64,000 bases of DNA from Dehalococcoidia bacterium. Lineage in GTDB: Bacteria; Chloroflexota; Dehalococcoidia; Lucifugimonadales; UBA2985. Position 1 is the first letter of the stretch. Each line of letters starts with the position of its first letter. Below, in pieces: positions 62,410 through 64,000 of the stretch. The stretch spans positions 2,401,210-2,465,209 of the forward strand of contig OZ253466.1 of assembly GCA_965261605.1 (NCBI GenBank). The letters are read 5' to 3'. The notes below the pieces were generated by a model. The model was not told where the DNA came from, ran no database searches, and saw only the letters and a program-made list of their open reading frames with translations. The translations under genes were made by a program, and so were the position numbers.

Positions 62410-63363
62410 TTAATACTCCGGCGACCTTACCCCCATACCAGTACTAGGATCTGTAGAAGGGTCGTCCCCTTCTAAAATGCGCTCCGCCACCCGTAACCGG
62501 GCGCTTCGACTTCTTGGGTTTGTCCGGACCTCCTCTTTGGAGGGGGTAGTAATCCTTATGTTGTCCCTGTGCATGGTTCGGGCTTTCCTGTCGGCGTGTC
62601 TCAGGAAGAGCTTCACTATACGGTCCTCCAGAGAGTGATAGCTGATAACCACCAGCTTGCCGCCGGCTTTGAGAATGGAGACCGCCTGTCCCAGAACGCT
62701 CTCTAGGTTGTCCAGCTCCCTGTTCACCTCTATGCGAATGGCCTGGAAAGTGCGTGTTGCAGGGTGAATGCGGCCGGATGGACGCCTCGCTGCCCTCTCC
62801 ACTACTTGGGCGAGCCGGAGAGAAGTGTCGATGGGCCTGCTGTAGACTATTGCCTTTGCAATCCGGTTTGCCCTTCGCTCCTCGCCGTAAGTGAAAAGGA
62901 CTCTGGCAAGCTCCTCGCCGGTGTACTCGTTGACCACGTCCCAGGCCGTGAGGCCCTGCCGATTGTCGAACCGCATATCCAGGGGCTCCTCAGTGCGGAA
63001 GGAGAAACCTCTTCCTCCACCTTGCAACTGTAGCGAGGATAGGCCCAGGTCGAACAGGATCCCGTCGACCGAAGAGAATCCGTGTCTCTCGGCTACCTGC
63101 TCCAGGTCCCGGAAGTTTTCGTTTTCCAGGACTGAGGAATCTCTGTAGGACCACAGCACCCTTTCCGCCGTCTGGAGAGCCTGTAGGTCCATGTCTATGC
63201 CCAGCAGCCTGCCTCCCGGAGAAGCGGCCTCCAGGATAGCGGAGCCATGACCCCCTTCTCCCACAGTGCAGTCTATGTAGCTGCCGCCAGGCTTCACCTG
63301 GAGGGCAGACAAAACCTCTTGCACCAGGACCGGAACGTGGTAAGGCATTGCAACGACGCTCAT
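62410..63363 (-). CDS. rsmH: 16S rRNA (cytosine1402-N4)-methyltransferase RsmH (MraW)
   Basis: ATG 63363 overlaps the mraZ TGA (ATGA). The product has HVPVLVQEVL, DCTVGEGGHG and SYHSLEDRIVK. Confidence 0.93.
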   Translation of the reverse strand: MSVVAMPYHVPVLVQEVLSALQVKPGGSYIDCTVGEGGHGSAILEAASPGGRLLGIDMDLQALQTAERVLWSYRDSSVLENENFRDLEQVAERHGFSSVDGILFDLGLSSLQLQGGGRGFSFRTEEPLDMRFDNRQGLTAWDVVNEYTGEELARVLFTYGEERRANRIAKAIVYSRPIDTSLRLAQVVERAARRPSGRIHPATRTFQAIRIEVNRELDNLESVLGQAVSILKAGGKLVVISYHSLEDRIVKLFLRHADRKARTMHRDNIRITTPSKEEVRTNPRSRSARLRVAERILEGDDPSTDPSTGMGVRSPEY

Positions 63364-63806
63364 TGGCGCTCCTCGGACGTCTCGGCTATAAGCCAAGCTT
63401 CCTGCTCCAAGGATTCGCTTTCCTGGAGCCATGCCTCTTTGGACCATATCTCAAGGAAGTCTCCCATACCTGCGATGACTACCTCGTCTCCTATCTGAGC
63501 ATAGCTTCTCAGTGAGGCCGGCAGGAGCACTCGCCCCTGTCTGTCGGCCTCCAGTTGAAAAGCGGATGTAAACGTTACTCGTCGCATTCTTCTGTTCTTG
63601 GCCCTGTTCATTGGGAGATTGGCCATATCGCTGGCCACTGCTTCCCACCGGGAAGGTGTGTAGACGGAGATGCAACGGTCGTATCCCCGAGTGAGAACAA
63701 CGCCTCCTCTGAAAGCGTCCCGGAAGCGTGCCGGGAGGGATATGCGACCCTGAGGATCCACCCGGTGTTCCTGCTCCCCGAAGAATGTGAAAAGACCACT
63801 TTGCAC
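63360..63806 (-). CDS. mraZ: Transcriptional regulator MraZ
   Basis: 148 aa, with duplicated SpoVT/AbrB-like halves carrying DPQGRISLPARFR and DRQGRVLLPASLR. Confidence 0.93.
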   Translation of the reverse strand: MQSGLFTFFGEQEHRVDPQGRISLPARFRDAFRGGVVLTRGYDRCISVYTPSRWEAVASDMANLPMNRAKNRRMRRVTFTSAFQLEADRQGRVLLPASLRSYAQIGDEVVIAGMGDFLEIWSKEAWLQESESLEQEAWLIAETSEERQ

Positions 63807-64000
63807 CTTATTTCACCAGAAAAAACCTATTCGTTCCTAACGACTCCAAACTACCATAGAATACCTCTTTATGCAATACCAATTTTGAGAAATCCGGGGC
63901 CATTTCCCGGCGAAAGACGGGGTTAGCGAGGGGTTTTCAAGGGCCGTTTTTCAGAGCGGTGAGTGAGCCGTTTAGACGTAGTTTAGTGCGTAGCGGACAG

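Overview
High-GC (about 60-68% on spot-counted 60-nt lines) bacterial chromosomal segment. No rRNA, tRNA or CRISPR array was recognised by eye. Gene content suggests Chloroflexota, but this is inference only. The supporting observations are a DUF2298 'YYY' / TIGR03663-like membrane protein pair, alternative-complex-III-type genes, a dcw cluster with no peptidoglycan genes, and intergenic 'gtcattc[ct]ga...gaatc' palindromic repeats.

Core content in window order: ACIII-like actA/B1/B2/C, MFS and TSUP transporters, mutS-(HAD)-mutL, a NuoE/NuoF/FdhA-like flavoprotein module, and a UPF0104/FAD-oxidoreductase/phosphoesterase operon. These are followed by two giant GT-C-like membrane proteins, ftsY, a DUF4349-PKD lipoprotein, an MMPL/RND transporter, rnc and cca. 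Then come a lower-GC BsuBI/PstI-type R-M pair, a his operon (hisZ-hisG-X-hisD-hisC-hisB), and a lower-GC ECF sigma/anti-sigma island with a frameshifted metzincin. The window ends with nfo, a Zn-ADH, secDF and mraZ-rsmH-ftsA-ftsZ.

The most unusual locus is 22.9-27.7 kb. It holds four tandem paralogous lipoprotein genes built from about 37 near-identical 72-bp units encoding plant-specific-type 24-residue LRRs. Variation is confined to the predicted ligand-binding beta-strand positions, and there is clear evidence of unit duplication and mosaic recombination.

Other leads:
- A Zn-phospholipase-C-fold hydrolase is translationally coupled inside the his operon and is a candidate for the missing histidinol-phosphate phosphatase.
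- The FdhA-like subunit appears to have lost the Sec/Cys-His catalytic pair.
- A metzincin gene becomes intact with a -1 frame correction.
- A mosaic of intergenic repeat families is present, including one MITE-like element.

All functional calls come from reading the translated ORFs and remembered family motifs. No database search was run.
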